From Dehalococcoidia bacterium (lineage in GTDB: Bacteria; Chloroflexota; Dehalococcoidia; GIF9; AB-539-J10): a stretch of DNA of 64,000 bases. Position numbers and translations under genes: made by a program. Below, piece by piece: positions 1-9,688 of the stretch; the stretch's first letter is position 1; each line of letters opens with the position of its first letter. Below the pieces are notes generated by a model. The model had not been told where the DNA came from, made no database searches, and was given only the letters and a program-made list of their open reading frames with translations. The DNA lies in contig JBKHJG010000001.1 in NCBI GenBank assembly GCA_046538235.1, forward strand, positions 60,581 through 124,580. Reading direction: 5' to 3'.

Positions 1-857
1 TCTCCGGCGATGTAGCTGCCGGTCTAACGATCATCCATGACCTTGATAGCGATGGTGTGGACCTCCGTCAGTTCAACCTGGGGCTTGTGGAGTATCTTCG
101 AGGATTGCTGCTGGCCAAGTCGCGCTGCAGAGAGGCCCTGGACGTTACCGGCGAAGACCTGGCCGAGATGGAAAGCCTGGCCGGCAATGTCCCGCTGGAC
201 TATCTGGTCAAGGCGGTCAAGTCCTTCTCGGGCATAGATTTCCGTAGCGACAATTACTCAACGCTGCCGCTGGAACTGGCCCTGCTGAGCTGCGCCCTCT
301 CTGCGCCTGTCAGTCAAGGCCAGGAGGGGCTGCCCGCCGCCAGCGCCCCCGAGGCGGCGAGGCCCCCTGAGACAGAGGGGCCGCCCGACAGTGCGAAGGT
401 TGAGATTTCCGCGGTAGCCAGTCCCGGCAATGTGGGTATTGAGGATCCCGTGGCAGCCAATCGCGAGAGCGCGGGGGCTGAGATCCCGAGCACAGATGCT
501 CCTCGGAACATCGATTACCTCCGCGGCCGCTGGAGGGAGTTCATCCGCTCTTTGCGAGGTGAAGGCTCCAGTGGCAACCTGGATGCCTTCTTGCGTAGCG
601 CCTGCGACCCCATAGACCTTGAGGATGATACATTGGTGCTGGGCTTTTATTATTCCTTCCACAAGGAGAAAATCGAAGACGCCAAATACCGGCATCTGGT
701 GGAGAAGAAGCTCAAGGAGGTCTTTGGCCAGCCTTATAAGATAAGGTGCGTTATGGTTGATTCCAAGGGGGCGGTTCCCTGCCAGGCCGAGACACAGAAC
801 CCGGTGGTCAAGGCTGCCCTGGAAATGGGAGCCAGGATTAGCGAGGAGGAGTCATAG
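1..857 (+). CDS. dnaX: DNA polymerase III subunit gamma/tau, C-terminal part (5' end lies outside the window; frame open from nt 3)
   Basis: The ORF runs off the left edge. Low-complexity Ala/Pro-rich linker and C-terminal domain. Canonical dnaX-ybaB-recR synteny immediately downstream. Confidence 0.55.
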   Translation, partial: SGDVAAGLTIIHDLDSDGVDLRQFNLGLVEYLRGLLLAKSRCREALDVTGEDLAEMESLAGNVPLDYLVKAVKSFSGIDFRSDNYSTLPLELALLSCALSAPVSQGQEGLPAASAPEAARPPETEGPPDSAKVEISAVASPGNVGIEDPVAANRESAGAEIPSTDAPRNIDYLRGRWREFIRSLRGEGSSGNLDAFLRSACDPIDLEDDTLVLGFYYSFHKEKIEDAKYRHLVEKKLKEVFGQPYKIRCVMVDSKGAVPCQAETQNPVVKAALEMGARISEEES

Positions 858-887
858 TCCTGGCCAAAACCCTGGAAAAGGAGGCAG

Positions 888-1193
888 ATGGACAAATCGA
901 TATTGCGTCAAGCCCAGCAGCTTCAGGCGAAGCTGGCCAAAGCCCAGGAAGAGCTGGGCAGTCTTACGGTGGAAGCAACCAGCGGAGGTGGTGCCGTAAA
1001 AGTGGTAGTTGACGGTCACCAGAAGGTGCACTCCGTGGATATATCCCCGGAGGTGTCGGAGGCTGGCGATGTTGAGTTGCTGCAAGACCTGGTCATGACT
1101 GCTATCAACGAGGCCATTGCCAAGTCGCAGGAGCTTGTTAACAAGCGTCTCAGCAGCCTGACCGGTGGTCTCGACATACCGGGGTTGCCGTAG
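888..1193 (+). CDS. ybaB: YbaB/EbfC nucleoid-associated protein
   Basis: 101 aa with typical YbaB motifs (QAQQLQAKL...VDISPEV...DVELLQDLV). Sits between dnaX and recR. Confidence 0.9.
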   Translation: MDKSILRQAQQLQAKLAKAQEELGSLTVEATSGGGAVKVVVDGHQKVHSVDISPEVSEAGDVELLQDLVMTAINEAIAKSQELVNKRLSSLTGGLDIPGLP

Positions 1194-1333
1194 CGAAGTG
1201 CCTGGAGACCCACCCGGCGTCAGCCGGGACTCGAGCCGGACGCAACGCTTGGGAAGTACTCCCCAAACTGCCGGCCGCGCCTGGAATGACGATAAGCTGA
1301 CAGGGACGACAACAAGGAGAAGAGCCAGGGAAA

Positions 1334-1933
1334 ATGAGGTTTGTTGCTGAGCCTATAGCCAGACTGGTCGAGGAATTCGGCAAGCTGCCCGGCATTGGAC
1401 CAAAGAGCGCCCAGAGGCTCACACATCATGTTCTGCGCAGCTCCGATGAAGAAGCAAGGTCTTTAGCGGAGGCCATTCTAGCGCTCAAGGAGAAGATAAA
1501 GCTGTGTTCCATTTGCTTCAACACTACCGACTGTGATCCCTGCCGCATCTGCCAGGATATGGGGCGTGACCATTCCAGAATATGTGTCGTTGAGAAACCT
1601 TCTGACATCCTGCCCCTGGAACATACGGGGAAATACAACGGTGTTTACCACGTGCTACACGGGACCATCAGCCCGGCGCAGGGCATAGGCCCCGATGACC
1701 TGAAGATAAACGAGCTTCTGGCCCGCCTTCAAAACGGCTCCGTAACAGAGGTGATTATAGCAACCAACCCCAACGTAGAGAGCGAAACCGTGGCTATGTA
1801 TCTGCAACGCATCATCAAGCCCTTCAATATACACGTGACACGCCTGGCGCGCGGCCTGCCCTTTGGGGCTGAGCTGGAATATGCAGACGACCTAACCTTG
1901 GGACAGGCACTGGAAAACAGGCGCGAGTTCTGA
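1334..1933 (+). CDS. recR: recombination protein RecR
   Basis: HhH motif (LPGIGPKSAQRL), C4 zinc finger (CSICFNTTDCDPCRIC) and Toprim region. Confidence 0.92.
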   Translation: MRFVAEPIARLVEEFGKLPGIGPKSAQRLTHHVLRSSDEEARSLAEAILALKEKIKLCSICFNTTDCDPCRICQDMGRDHSRICVVEKPSDILPLEHTGKYNGVYHVLHGTISPAQGIGPDDLKINELLARLQNGSVTEVIIATNPNVESETVAMYLQRIIKPFNIHVTRLARGLPFGAELEYADDLTLGQALENRREF

Positions 1934-1999
1934 CAGGGCTGTACACAACCGCCCCTCTGGGATAGCGGAGGGCTCGGGCAGCGGCGCTTTGCTTAGGCG

Positions 2000-2818
2000 T
2001 TGCTGACACCAAGGGAGACAGACTACGTGATAGAGCTAAGACAGATCGATGACGCCTTAACTCGGTATGTGCGGCCGCAGACGTTTGCACTGGCAATCCG
2101 CATGTGCGGGCCGGAGGAGGAAACTCCCAAGAGGGCTAAGATACCCCGCCGAGACCTGGGAGTAGACATTTCGTTATGTCATGCAGTCAGTATGGCACGG
2201 CGATACGGCTGGGTTATCGCGGTTGACAGGTCTCAGACCTGCTACATTGCTGGCATAAGCCTGGGGTTCCTGCCCCTGGTGGCGGACGTTGTTGACGGCA
2301 GCTTCCAGGCGTCGCTTGGACTGTGGGGAATGAACAAAGAGCAGGCAGCGGCAGCTATTGCGGGCATCCCCAAATTCGAATACGGCAAGTACAGGAACGT
2401 GCTGATTGCTCCTCTACACAGGGCTGCCTTTGAACCGCACGTCATCCTGGTCTACGGTAACCCGGCCCAGATATGGGTGCTTCTAGCAGGCTATCTGAGT
2501 GGAACGGGTAAGACCGGACTGGACACGACACTGGCCACAGGGGCCAGCTGTACGGCTCTTATCACCCGAGCCGTCATAGAAGACGAATGCCAGTTCGCTC
2601 TCATAGGCGTTGGCGAGCGTTTGATTCCTCATACTCAGGACCACGACTGTGCCCTGTCGATACCGGCCAGCAAGATCGAGAAGGCGATTCAGGGCCTGCA
2701 GGCGGGTCATAGCATCGGTGTTTTCAGGTACCCGATTCCTGCATTCCTGAGGTACAGCTCACAGCACCCACCAGGGTATGAGGAAATGAGGAGTCACCTG
2801 CTGGATGCAGAATCGTAG
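2000..2818 (+). CDS. hypothetical protein, possibly DUF169/COG2043-like
   Basis: 272-aa ORF with coding-like composition. Co-directional with and 135 nt upstream of the AbfD homolog. The family assignment is from memory only. Confidence 0.35.
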   Translation: MLTPRETDYVIELRQIDDALTRYVRPQTFALAIRMCGPEEETPKRAKIPRRDLGVDISLCHAVSMARRYGWVIAVDRSQTCYIAGISLGFLPLVADVVDGSFQASLGLWGMNKEQAAAAIAGIPKFEYGKYRNVLIAPLHRAAFEPHVILVYGNPAQIWVLLAGYLSGTGKTGLDTTLATGASCTALITRAVIEDECQFALIGVGERLIPHTQDHDCALSIPASKIEKAIQGLQAGHSIGVFRYPIPAFLRYSSQHPPGYEEMRSHLLDAES

Positions 2819-2953
2819 GAATTCATGCCGCGACCAGTGGCCCCCCGGGGCACGAAGGCGGACACTGGGCCCCTGGTGAATCGAACGCGAGCATGATATA
2901 CTATGCGCTGACTTAGCTTCCAGAAGCCGGAACATGATCCATCCGGCTATCGA

Positions 2954-4468
2954 TTGAGCAAGGAGGAAAACATGAGAACGAAAGAGCAGTACATACAGGG
3001 CCTGGCCAAGATGAGACGAAACGTCTACTTCAATGGCGAGTTGCTCGATCGCACAGATGAGTTGCAGATGGACTGTATAGATACCATCGGCACGACGTTC
3101 GACGAAGCCGCCAAGCCCGAAAACCAGGATCTGTGTACGGCCATCTCCCATCTCACAGGCGAGCGCATCAGCCGCTTCACCCATATTCACCAGAACACCG
3201 ACGATCTGCACAAGAAGCAGGACATGACCCGCATGCTCTGTCAGAAGGTCGCTGGATGCATCCAGCGATGCATGGGCATTGACGCCACCAACGCCATATA
3301 CAACGTATCCTACGAGGCAGACAAGATGAATGAAGGTGCCACCCAGTACCACGAGAACTTCAAGAAGTGGCTTGCGCGCTTCCAGAAGGAAGACCTGGTA
3401 GGCTGTTGCGCGCAGACGGACGTCAAGGGAGATAGGATACTAAGGCCTGCTGACCAGCCTGACCCCGATGCTTACGTACGGATCAAGGAGAGGCGCAGTG
3501 ATGGCATCATAGTCAGCGGCTGCAAGCTGAACATCTCCGAGGCCTCGGTTGCCGACGAGGTCCTGGTGGTGCCGACACGAGCGTTGCGTCCCGAGGACAA
3601 GGACTACGCCGTTGCCTTCGCTGTGCCTGGCGACTGGGAGGGACTGAAGCAGGTGGTTACGATCCATAACCTCAGGTCCAGAGAACACTTCCAGCGCGGC
3701 TTCCGGGCTGGCGCCACAGATTCCTACATGATATTCGATGATTGCTTCGTGCCCTGGGAAAGGGTCTTCCTCGCCGGCGAGTGGCAACACGGAGGCGTAC
3801 TCGCTCTCCTGTTCGCCCTGTTTCACCGCCATTCCTATTCTGGCTGCAAACCTGCCATTGGCGACATCATCTTGGGGAGCGCGGCGCTTGCCGCCGAGGT
3901 TAACAACATACACAAGACACCCCTGGTCCGGCAGAAGCTGGCCGAGATCATCCTCACCACCGAACTGGGGTATGCGGCGGGATACACAGCCTCCGACCTG
4001 GGCAAGCCGGAGGTCTACATACCGGGCCTCGGATTCGTGCCCTATGGCCCCGGCTCTTACATACCGAATTCGATCTACTGCAACGTGGGCCGTTGCCTGA
4101 CCGGCGAGGCCGTCTACCGCGAAGCGGAGATGCTCTGCGATATCGCCGGCGGGGTGGTAGCTACATTCCCCTATGAGCAGGATTTCCTCAACCCCGAGAC
4201 CCGGGACTTGCTCCTCAAATACACCAAGCGCAATCCCAACATGCCTGTCGAAGATCAAGCACAACTCTGGCGTTACCTGGGCGATGTGCTGTGCTCAGCA
4301 GCCGGAGGCATTCACAATATCGGCAGCTACCACGGCGGCGGCTCACCCATCATGGAACAGATCGCCATCACCACCCAGTATGACATCGAGTCCCGGAAAA
4401 AGCTGGTCCGCTATATTGCCGGCATGAGCGACGGCGACCCTGATGCGCTGAGCAAAAAGAGGACCTGA
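2954..4468 (+). CDS. 4-hydroxybutyryl-CoA dehydratase / vinylacetyl-CoA delta-isomerase family protein (AbfD/HpaB superfamily)
   Basis: Collinear similarity to Clostridium aminobutyricum AbfD (EQYIQGL..VYFNGE; RFTHIHQNTDDLHKKQDM..CQKVAGCIQRC; HRHSYSGCKPAIGDIILGSAALAAE). The Cys/His positions that ligate the [4Fe-4S] cluster are conserved. Confidence 0.8.
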   Translation: MSKEENMRTKEQYIQGLAKMRRNVYFNGELLDRTDELQMDCIDTIGTTFDEAAKPENQDLCTAISHLTGERISRFTHIHQNTDDLHKKQDMTRMLCQKVAGCIQRCMGIDATNAIYNVSYEADKMNEGATQYHENFKKWLARFQKEDLVGCCAQTDVKGDRILRPADQPDPDAYVRIKERRSDGIIVSGCKLNISEASVADEVLVVPTRALRPEDKDYAVAFAVPGDWEGLKQVVTIHNLRSREHFQRGFRAGATDSYMIFDDCFVPWERVFLAGEWQHGGVLALLFALFHRHSYSGCKPAIGDIILGSAALAAEVNNIHKTPLVRQKLAEIILTTELGYAAGYTASDLGKPEVYIPGLGFVPYGPGSYIPNSIYCNVGRCLTGEAVYREAEMLCDIAGGVVATFPYEQDFLNPETRDLLLKYTKRNPNMPVEDQAQLWRYLGDVLCSAAGGIHNIGSYHGGGSPIMEQIAITTQYDIESRKKLVRYIAGMSDGDPDALSKKRT

Positions 4469-4560
4469 GGCGGGCAGCTCCTGCCCTGCCCCCCGGTCAC
4501 AGTGACGCACATCATCAGCGGCCCAGGCGGTTGCCTCTGAATTGCAGGTCAGCCATCGGC

Positions 4561-5673
4561 TCAGGACCCCTTCAGCCGGTGGGACACCCGCTCCTCCGTT
4601 ATCCCCAGTGCGGCAGCGATCTCCTTCTCCCCCAGGCCCGCATCCTTGAGCTTGAATACTTCTCGTGTTTGCCTTGCCTTGTCTTTCTTTCTGCTGGCTG
4701 TTTCCTTCAGGTCAAGGATGTATTCTATCTCCCTCGTCTGTACAAGCTCTTTCTCTGCCAAGCCGGCAAAGACCTTTTCCCCTTCTTCGGTGCGGACTAT
4801 CACCGTTGACCACCCTTCGGCGGAGCCGCCGCTGCCGACAGCGATGTCGGCCATCTCAGCGGCAAAATCCTGACAGACCAGGCAGTGCCTGGGGACGCAG
4901 TTCTTAACGTCGGTTATGGGCAAGGACAGCTTCTCTCCCTCAACATATATATCGAACTCATCCGATATATCGATCTTGGCAGCCCTGCCGATGTCCAACC
5001 CCTTTGCCCTTAGCGTCTCGGCCAGGCACGCATATTCATAGTTCTCCCGACAGAACAGCCCTATCGTCAGCTTCACGGATGATGCCAGCGGCAGGCCCTT
5101 GTATTGAAGATATCTTACCGATTGTATATGGCAGGGAGAACCGACAACACAGACCTTGCCCAGCCCGAGGTCAACAACGGCGGTCCGCAGCTCCTTCAGC
5201 AGCGGCACCGCGCCGTACTTGGTGCCAGCCGACCGGACAATGTCGTCCCTGGTCCCGGCGATACAGGCCGCCGGCGCCCGGCCCTCATTGCCGACCACCA
5301 GTGCCCCGTCGATGATGCCACTATCCAGAGCATACAGGAGCAGGGACGTCACTATTCCGCCATCCTGACAGACCTTCGCGACCTCGGTGTCCCGCGTCCT
5401 CGCCGCCGTTACGCTCCTGTGCAGTCCTATGCTCTCCCTCTTTCCCCATCCCATAATGCTGCTCTCTATGACCTTCATTAGGTCATGCCTGTGCATATAG
5501 CAGGCTTCGTAACAGGTACTGCAACCCACGCAGTCGATGGTGCGCTTGGGTCGCTTGGGCCTACTGTCAATGAACTTGATATGGGAACTGGGACAGGCGA
5601 GGATACATGCACCGCATCGAGTGCATTCTCCTGTATCTATTATCTGAGCCTCTAGGTCCTCATAGCCGGGCAT
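4561..5673 (-). CDS. FrhB/FdhB/FpoF-family flavoprotein (coenzyme F420 hydrogenase/dehydrogenase beta-subunit family) with N-terminal 2x[4Fe-4S] ferredoxin domain and a C-terminal HTH-like tail
   Basis: Two CxxCxxCxxxCP-type cluster motifs at the N-terminus. FrhB_FdhB N/C domain signatures (GGIVTSLLLYAL; VVGSPCHIQS). The last ~45 aa resemble a helix-turn-helix (GEKEIAAALGITEERVSHRL). Confidence 0.65.
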   Translation of the reverse strand: MPGYEDLEAQIIDTGECTRCGACILACPSSHIKFIDSRPKRPKRTIDCVGCSTCYEACYMHRHDLMKVIESSIMGWGKRESIGLHRSVTAARTRDTEVAKVCQDGGIVTSLLLYALDSGIIDGALVVGNEGRAPAACIAGTRDDIVRSAGTKYGAVPLLKELRTAVVDLGLGKVCVVGSPCHIQSVRYLQYKGLPLASSVKLTIGLFCRENYEYACLAETLRAKGLDIGRAAKIDISDEFDIYVEGEKLSLPITDVKNCVPRHCLVCQDFAAEMADIAVGSGGSAEGWSTVIVRTEEGEKVFAGLAEKELVQTREIEYILDLKETASRKKDKARQTREVFKLKDAGLGEKEIAAALGITEERVSHRLKGS

Positions 5674-5760
5674 ATTTCTCCGCTCCCGGTGTTACTATGG
5701 AACGACAGACTAAGACGAGGCAGATGCAGATGCCGCAGTACACAACGGAGGCAATCCGCC

Positions 5761-7449
5761 TCACTTCAGTTGCCCGCTGGCCTTCATCTTGCCTATCTCC
5801 TCCTCCCTCAACTGCCGCTTGAAAAGCTTGTCTGTTACGGTCAAAGGCAGCTCCTCGCGGAACTCAACGAACTTGGGCACGGCGTAAGGCGGCAGCTTAG
5901 CCCTGCAATGGCTGATTATCTCCTCGGCAGTTGTTTTCCCTTCATATTCAGGCCTCAGGCTGATGAACGCCTTTATCCGATCACTGCCCGGGCGCTCAAC
6001 GTCGGGTATTCCAATCGCCACGGCATCCGCAACGGCCGGATGCTCGTACAGCACATCATCAACCAACCTCGTATAGACTTTGAGCCCTGAGACGTTCGCC
6101 ATGTCTTTGATGCGATCCGTAATGTAGAAGTAGCCATCATCGTCCATGGTCACCACATCACCCGTGGGCAGCCAGCCATCAACCAGGCCCTTGCCGGCCT
6201 GAGGCCAGTAACCTAACATAACCTGCGGGCCGCGAACCCAGAGTTCGCCTTCCTTCCCCGGGGCAGCCTCTTGACCGGTGTCCAGGTCCACTATCCTGAC
6301 CTCTGTATCCGGGGTCGGCACTCCTATGGAACCGAGCTTTTCGGCAGGCATGAAGCCGATGAGCTTTGAGAATGCCGAGAGGTTGATATGTGTACCTCCG
6401 CTTGTCTCCGACAGCCCGTATGCCTCGGTGATAGGCATGCCGGTCTGCTGCTTAAACCTTTGGGCAATCTCCACCGCCAGCGCTGAGGCACCAGACATGA
6501 ACATGGTGTTTATCCTGCCCAACCCCCTGGTGGCCAACCTGGAATATTGAGTCGGCACACAGGAGCAGAGAAAAGGTCGGTGTCTGGTCAGCATTTCGTA
6601 CAGCATATCGACATCTCTGGGGTCCGGGATCAAGTACATCTTAAGCCCCCAGTGGACGGCAAAGTGCATCATCATATGACCGTACTGATGGAACAGTGCC
6701 ACGGGCATCATTATGGAGGTCTTCCCCCTGACTCCCACCTTGAGGGGTTCCATATACCAGGCAACATGCGTCAGCGCCACGGACCGGTTGTAATGGGTCA
6801 GCATCACGCCTTTGGGCAGCCCGGTGGCACCACCGGTAAAGGGCAGCACAGCCAGGTCCTTCATCGGGTCAATATCAACATCAGGTGGATCGGGGTCATG
6901 GCCCTCGATGAGATCGCGAAACAGGAGGGCGCCGGGCGGCCGTTCCTCCGCTGGCCCTTCCGGGGAGTAATCCGTAAGCGAGGTGACTATCACGTTCTTG
7001 ACTCGCGTCTTGTCCTTTATCGAGTTCACCGCCTCCAGCGACACCTCCGTGCAGACAACCGTTTCCGCCCCGGAGTCACCAATCTCGTACACTAGATCAG
7101 CCGCCTTATGGAGTACGCTGCAGGGGACATGGACGGCCCCCGCCTTCAGTATTCCGAAATCGCCAATGATGAACTGGGGGCAGGTCGGCAGGATGGTGGC
7201 CACTTTGTCTCCTTTGTTGACGCCCAACCCGGCGAGCGCGGTGGCAAATCTATCGGCCTCCTGTTTCAGTTCTGTATAGCTCATCTCGCGTCCCAGATAG
7301 GAGCAGGCGGCCTTACCGGGGAACTCGGCCGCCGCAGCATCGAGAAGGCTGTCAATAGGTATCTTTGGATAAGGCTCTTTGCTCTGCGCAAGCTTGTATG
7401 GCCCCAACTTGTATTGCTTGAGCCAGGGTTTTTCGGCTACTGAAACCAT
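5761..7449 (-). CDS. AMP-forming acyl-CoA synthetase (ANL superfamily)
   Basis: AMP-binding motifs (LPFTGGATGLPKGVMLTH; YGLSETSG; TGDVVTMDDDGYFYITDRIKD). Directly downstream of AOR (3-nt gap). Confidence 0.88.
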   Translation of the reverse strand: MVSVAEKPWLKQYKLGPYKLAQSKEPYPKIPIDSLLDAAAAEFPGKAACSYLGREMSYTELKQEADRFATALAGLGVNKGDKVATILPTCPQFIIGDFGILKAGAVHVPCSVLHKAADLVYEIGDSGAETVVCTEVSLEAVNSIKDKTRVKNVIVTSLTDYSPEGPAEERPPGALLFRDLIEGHDPDPPDVDIDPMKDLAVLPFTGGATGLPKGVMLTHYNRSVALTHVAWYMEPLKVGVRGKTSIMMPVALFHQYGHMMMHFAVHWGLKMYLIPDPRDVDMLYEMLTRHRPFLCSCVPTQYSRLATRGLGRINTMFMSGASALAVEIAQRFKQQTGMPITEAYGLSETSGGTHINLSAFSKLIGFMPAEKLGSIGVPTPDTEVRIVDLDTGQEAAPGKEGELWVRGPQVMLGYWPQAGKGLVDGWLPTGDVVTMDDDGYFYITDRIKDMANVSGLKVYTRLVDDVLYEHPAVADAVAIGIPDVERPGSDRIKAFISLRPEYEGKTTAEEIISHCRAKLPPYAVPKFVEFREELPLTVTDKLFKRQLREEEIGKMKASGQLK

Positions 7450-7452
7450 ATC

Positions 7453-9315
7453 TCACCCCTGTATACTGCTGATTATATAGTCGAGTCCCAGTGCCCTGAG
7501 CTTCTCGGCAGTGGGCTTGCCGGTCGTCTTGTCCCAGCCGCGGAACCCATAATAAGCGTCCAGCATCTGGTCGAGCTTTTCCACCTTATGTCCCTCGGCG
7601 GGCCCCTCGGGTAATGGCTCCTCGAGCAGTCTCTTAGGAAGCGTATCATCGGCCCGGGTCAGGCCCTCTCTGACATTGAAGGCTCTGGCCAGGTTGTAGA
7701 CCCTCTCCCCGACTTTCCTGAAATCGCCGACACCGAACTCCCAGCCCGTGCAGTTCGCTATCATGCCGGCCCAGTCCTCAGTAGCCAATGCCATGCCCAT
7801 GAACTTACATGTGCCCACACAATCGAAGACGGTCAGCGCGTCCTCCAGGTCCTTCACCACCTTGGCCTCGGCAGGGTTCTCCACCAGCGCATCCTCAATC
7901 TTGCTCTCCTCAACACAGAGGAAAGGAATATCTATGAAGGCCGGTCCCTCAATGTAGGCTGTGATATGGTCACCGCCCCTGTTGGCCGTGGCAAAGGCCA
8001 GCCCGCATATCTTGGCCGCCCTGGGGTCATAGGCCGGTAGTTCCAGGCCCTTAACATTCATGGCAAAGGTCTCGGCGCCCTTGTCCAGCCTGGCAGCCAT
8101 TCTCTTCGTGCCTTCAGCCAGCAGGTCGCCAATGCCTTCCCTCCTGGCTATCTTGTGTATGAGCGCAATGACGACATCGGCATCCCCGAATTCCAGTTCC
8201 AGCCCATCCGTATCAGCCTTGGTCAATATCCCTTTCTCATAGCATTCTATGGCAAAGGCTATCGTGCTGCCGGCGGAAATCACATCCAGCCCATAGTCAT
8301 CGCACAGGTTGTGGGCCAGGGTGATCGCCTCGAGATTCTCCAGCCCGCACATGGCACCGAAGGCGCCGACCGTCTCAAACTCCGGCCCCTCACCCTTACA
8401 GGCGTAGGGACCGCTCTTAACCACACTCACCCGGCAACAGCTGATGGGACAGGCATAGCAGTGCTTTCTATCCACCAGGAGCGTGCTCTCCAGCGCGATT
8501 CCGCTCACTTTGTCTATGTCCGGAAAGACCCCGGTCTGCCAATTCCTGGTAGGGAACCCTCCCCTGACGTTTATCAAATCGGCAACCATGGCCGTCCCAT
8601 AGGTCTCGAAGGTGATCTTCAGCATGCTTTCATTGACCAGATCATAGTTCCGTCTGGAGATTTCGCTGAAGGCATCGTTGTTGGCTGTTCTGATCTCCTG
8701 TGTCCCCCGGGCAACCACCGCCTTCAGCCGTTTCGATCCCATCACCATGCCCACGCCGCATCTCCCGGCAGCCCGGTGTACATCATTGACGATACCGGCA
8801 TACCTCACCAGATTTTCGCCTGCTATGCCTATAGCGGCAACGTTGCAGTCATCGCCCACTTCTTCCTTGATGAGCTTATCCGTCTCGCTGACTCCTTTGC
8901 CCCAGAGATGCCCGGCATCCCTCAGTTCAGCCATACCGTCGTCTATAACCAGGTAGACCGGCTTCGGCGATATGCCCTTGAAGATAACCCCGTCAAATCC
9001 GGAGTTCTTGAGATAGACTCCCCAACTGCCGCCAGAGTTGGCCTCTCCCCACAAACCGGTTAATGGTGACTTGGTAACTACGCAATACCGCCCGGCGCTC
9101 GGCGATTCCGTGCCGGTCAGGGGACCGGTCATGAAGATGAGTTCGTTGTCGGGGCCGAGCGGGTCGGCGCCCTCGGCCACCTCGTCGAAAAGATACTTGG
9201 TGGCCAGCCCGCTGCCGCCCAGAAACATCCTGCAATCCTCTTCATTCAGGTTCTCCTCTGATACCTTGCCATCGGTCAAATCAACCCTCAGGACCTTTCC
9301 CATATAGCCGAACAT
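7453..9315 (-). CDS. aldehyde:ferredoxin oxidoreductase (tungsten/molybdopterin AOR family)
   Basis: AOR N-terminal domain (GKVLRVDLT...FLGGSGL) and full-length family similarity. The start is probably the internal Met (MFGYMGKVLRVDLT); the ORF track extends it to 9342. Confidence 0.9.
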   Translation of the reverse strand: MFGYMGKVLRVDLTDGKVSEENLNEEDCRMFLGGSGLATKYLFDEVAEGADPLGPDNELIFMTGPLTGTESPSAGRYCVVTKSPLTGLWGEANSGGSWGVYLKNSGFDGVIFKGISPKPVYLVIDDGMAELRDAGHLWGKGVSETDKLIKEEVGDDCNVAAIGIAGENLVRYAGIVNDVHRAAGRCGVGMVMGSKRLKAVVARGTQEIRTANNDAFSEISRRNYDLVNESMLKITFETYGTAMVADLINVRGGFPTRNWQTGVFPDIDKVSGIALESTLLVDRKHCYACPISCCRVSVVKSGPYACKGEGPEFETVGAFGAMCGLENLEAITLAHNLCDDYGLDVISAGSTIAFAIECYEKGILTKADTDGLELEFGDADVVIALIHKIARREGIGDLLAEGTKRMAARLDKGAETFAMNVKGLELPAYDPRAAKICGLAFATANRGGDHITAYIEGPAFIDIPFLCVEESKIEDALVENPAEAKVVKDLEDALTVFDCVGTCKFMGMALATEDWAGMIANCTGWEFGVGDFRKVGERVYNLARAFNVREGLTRADDTLPKRLLEEPLPEGPAEGHKVEKLDQMLDAYYGFRGWDKTTGKPTAEKLRALGLDYIISSIQG

Positions 9316-9363
9316 TCTGCTCCTCCTTCTATCTTCTGGCATGAGCCAGCCAATCGGTCTCCA

Positions 9364-9627
9364 TCATTCCTCAAACTGCCCACTGATGGCATCAAACCGC
9401 CGCACACTATGGATTGTCTCAAACGGCGTTTGTGTCAGGCGGAGAACGCGCCTCAGGACCTTCTCGTCCGGCGCCTCCCATTCACAGAAGTGCCTGCTCG
9501 CTACGAAATCGCAGTAACTGCATTTCCAGGAGACACCTTTAGGCATGAAGCTCGGCGCAGCCTTGGCCCGTGCCATCAACTCCTCCTCAGTGAATGGTGC
9601 CTTGTGAACAACCATGAAGCGTGCCAT
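9364..9627 (-). CDS. small DUF4242-like protein
   Basis: 87 aa beginning MARFMVVHKAP with a ...FCEWEAPD pattern as in DUF4242. Sits between the ADH and AOR genes on the same strand. Confidence 0.45.
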   Translation of the reverse strand: MARFMVVHKAPFTEEELMARAKAAPSFMPKGVSWKCSYCDFVASRHFCEWEAPDEKVLRRVLRLTQTPFETIHSVRRFDAISGQFEE

Positions 9628-9688
9628 CTTTGCCTCCTAATGATCCCTCCCGCAGTCTGTGGAAATCGCCGGGGCCGCCCCAGCAAAG

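Noticed and set aside
8155-9063. Long antisense ORFs inside strong genes (e.g. 8155-9063 + within AOR; 15024-16559 + within priA; 11873-13072 + within the acylase; 56417-57475 - within the SBP gene; 32587-33264 + within the PaaK-like gene)
   Set aside because: They are shadow ORFs typical of ~60% GC DNA. They show Arg/Pro/Gly-rich low-complexity translations and no recognisable domains, and the opposite-strand gene has clear homology.
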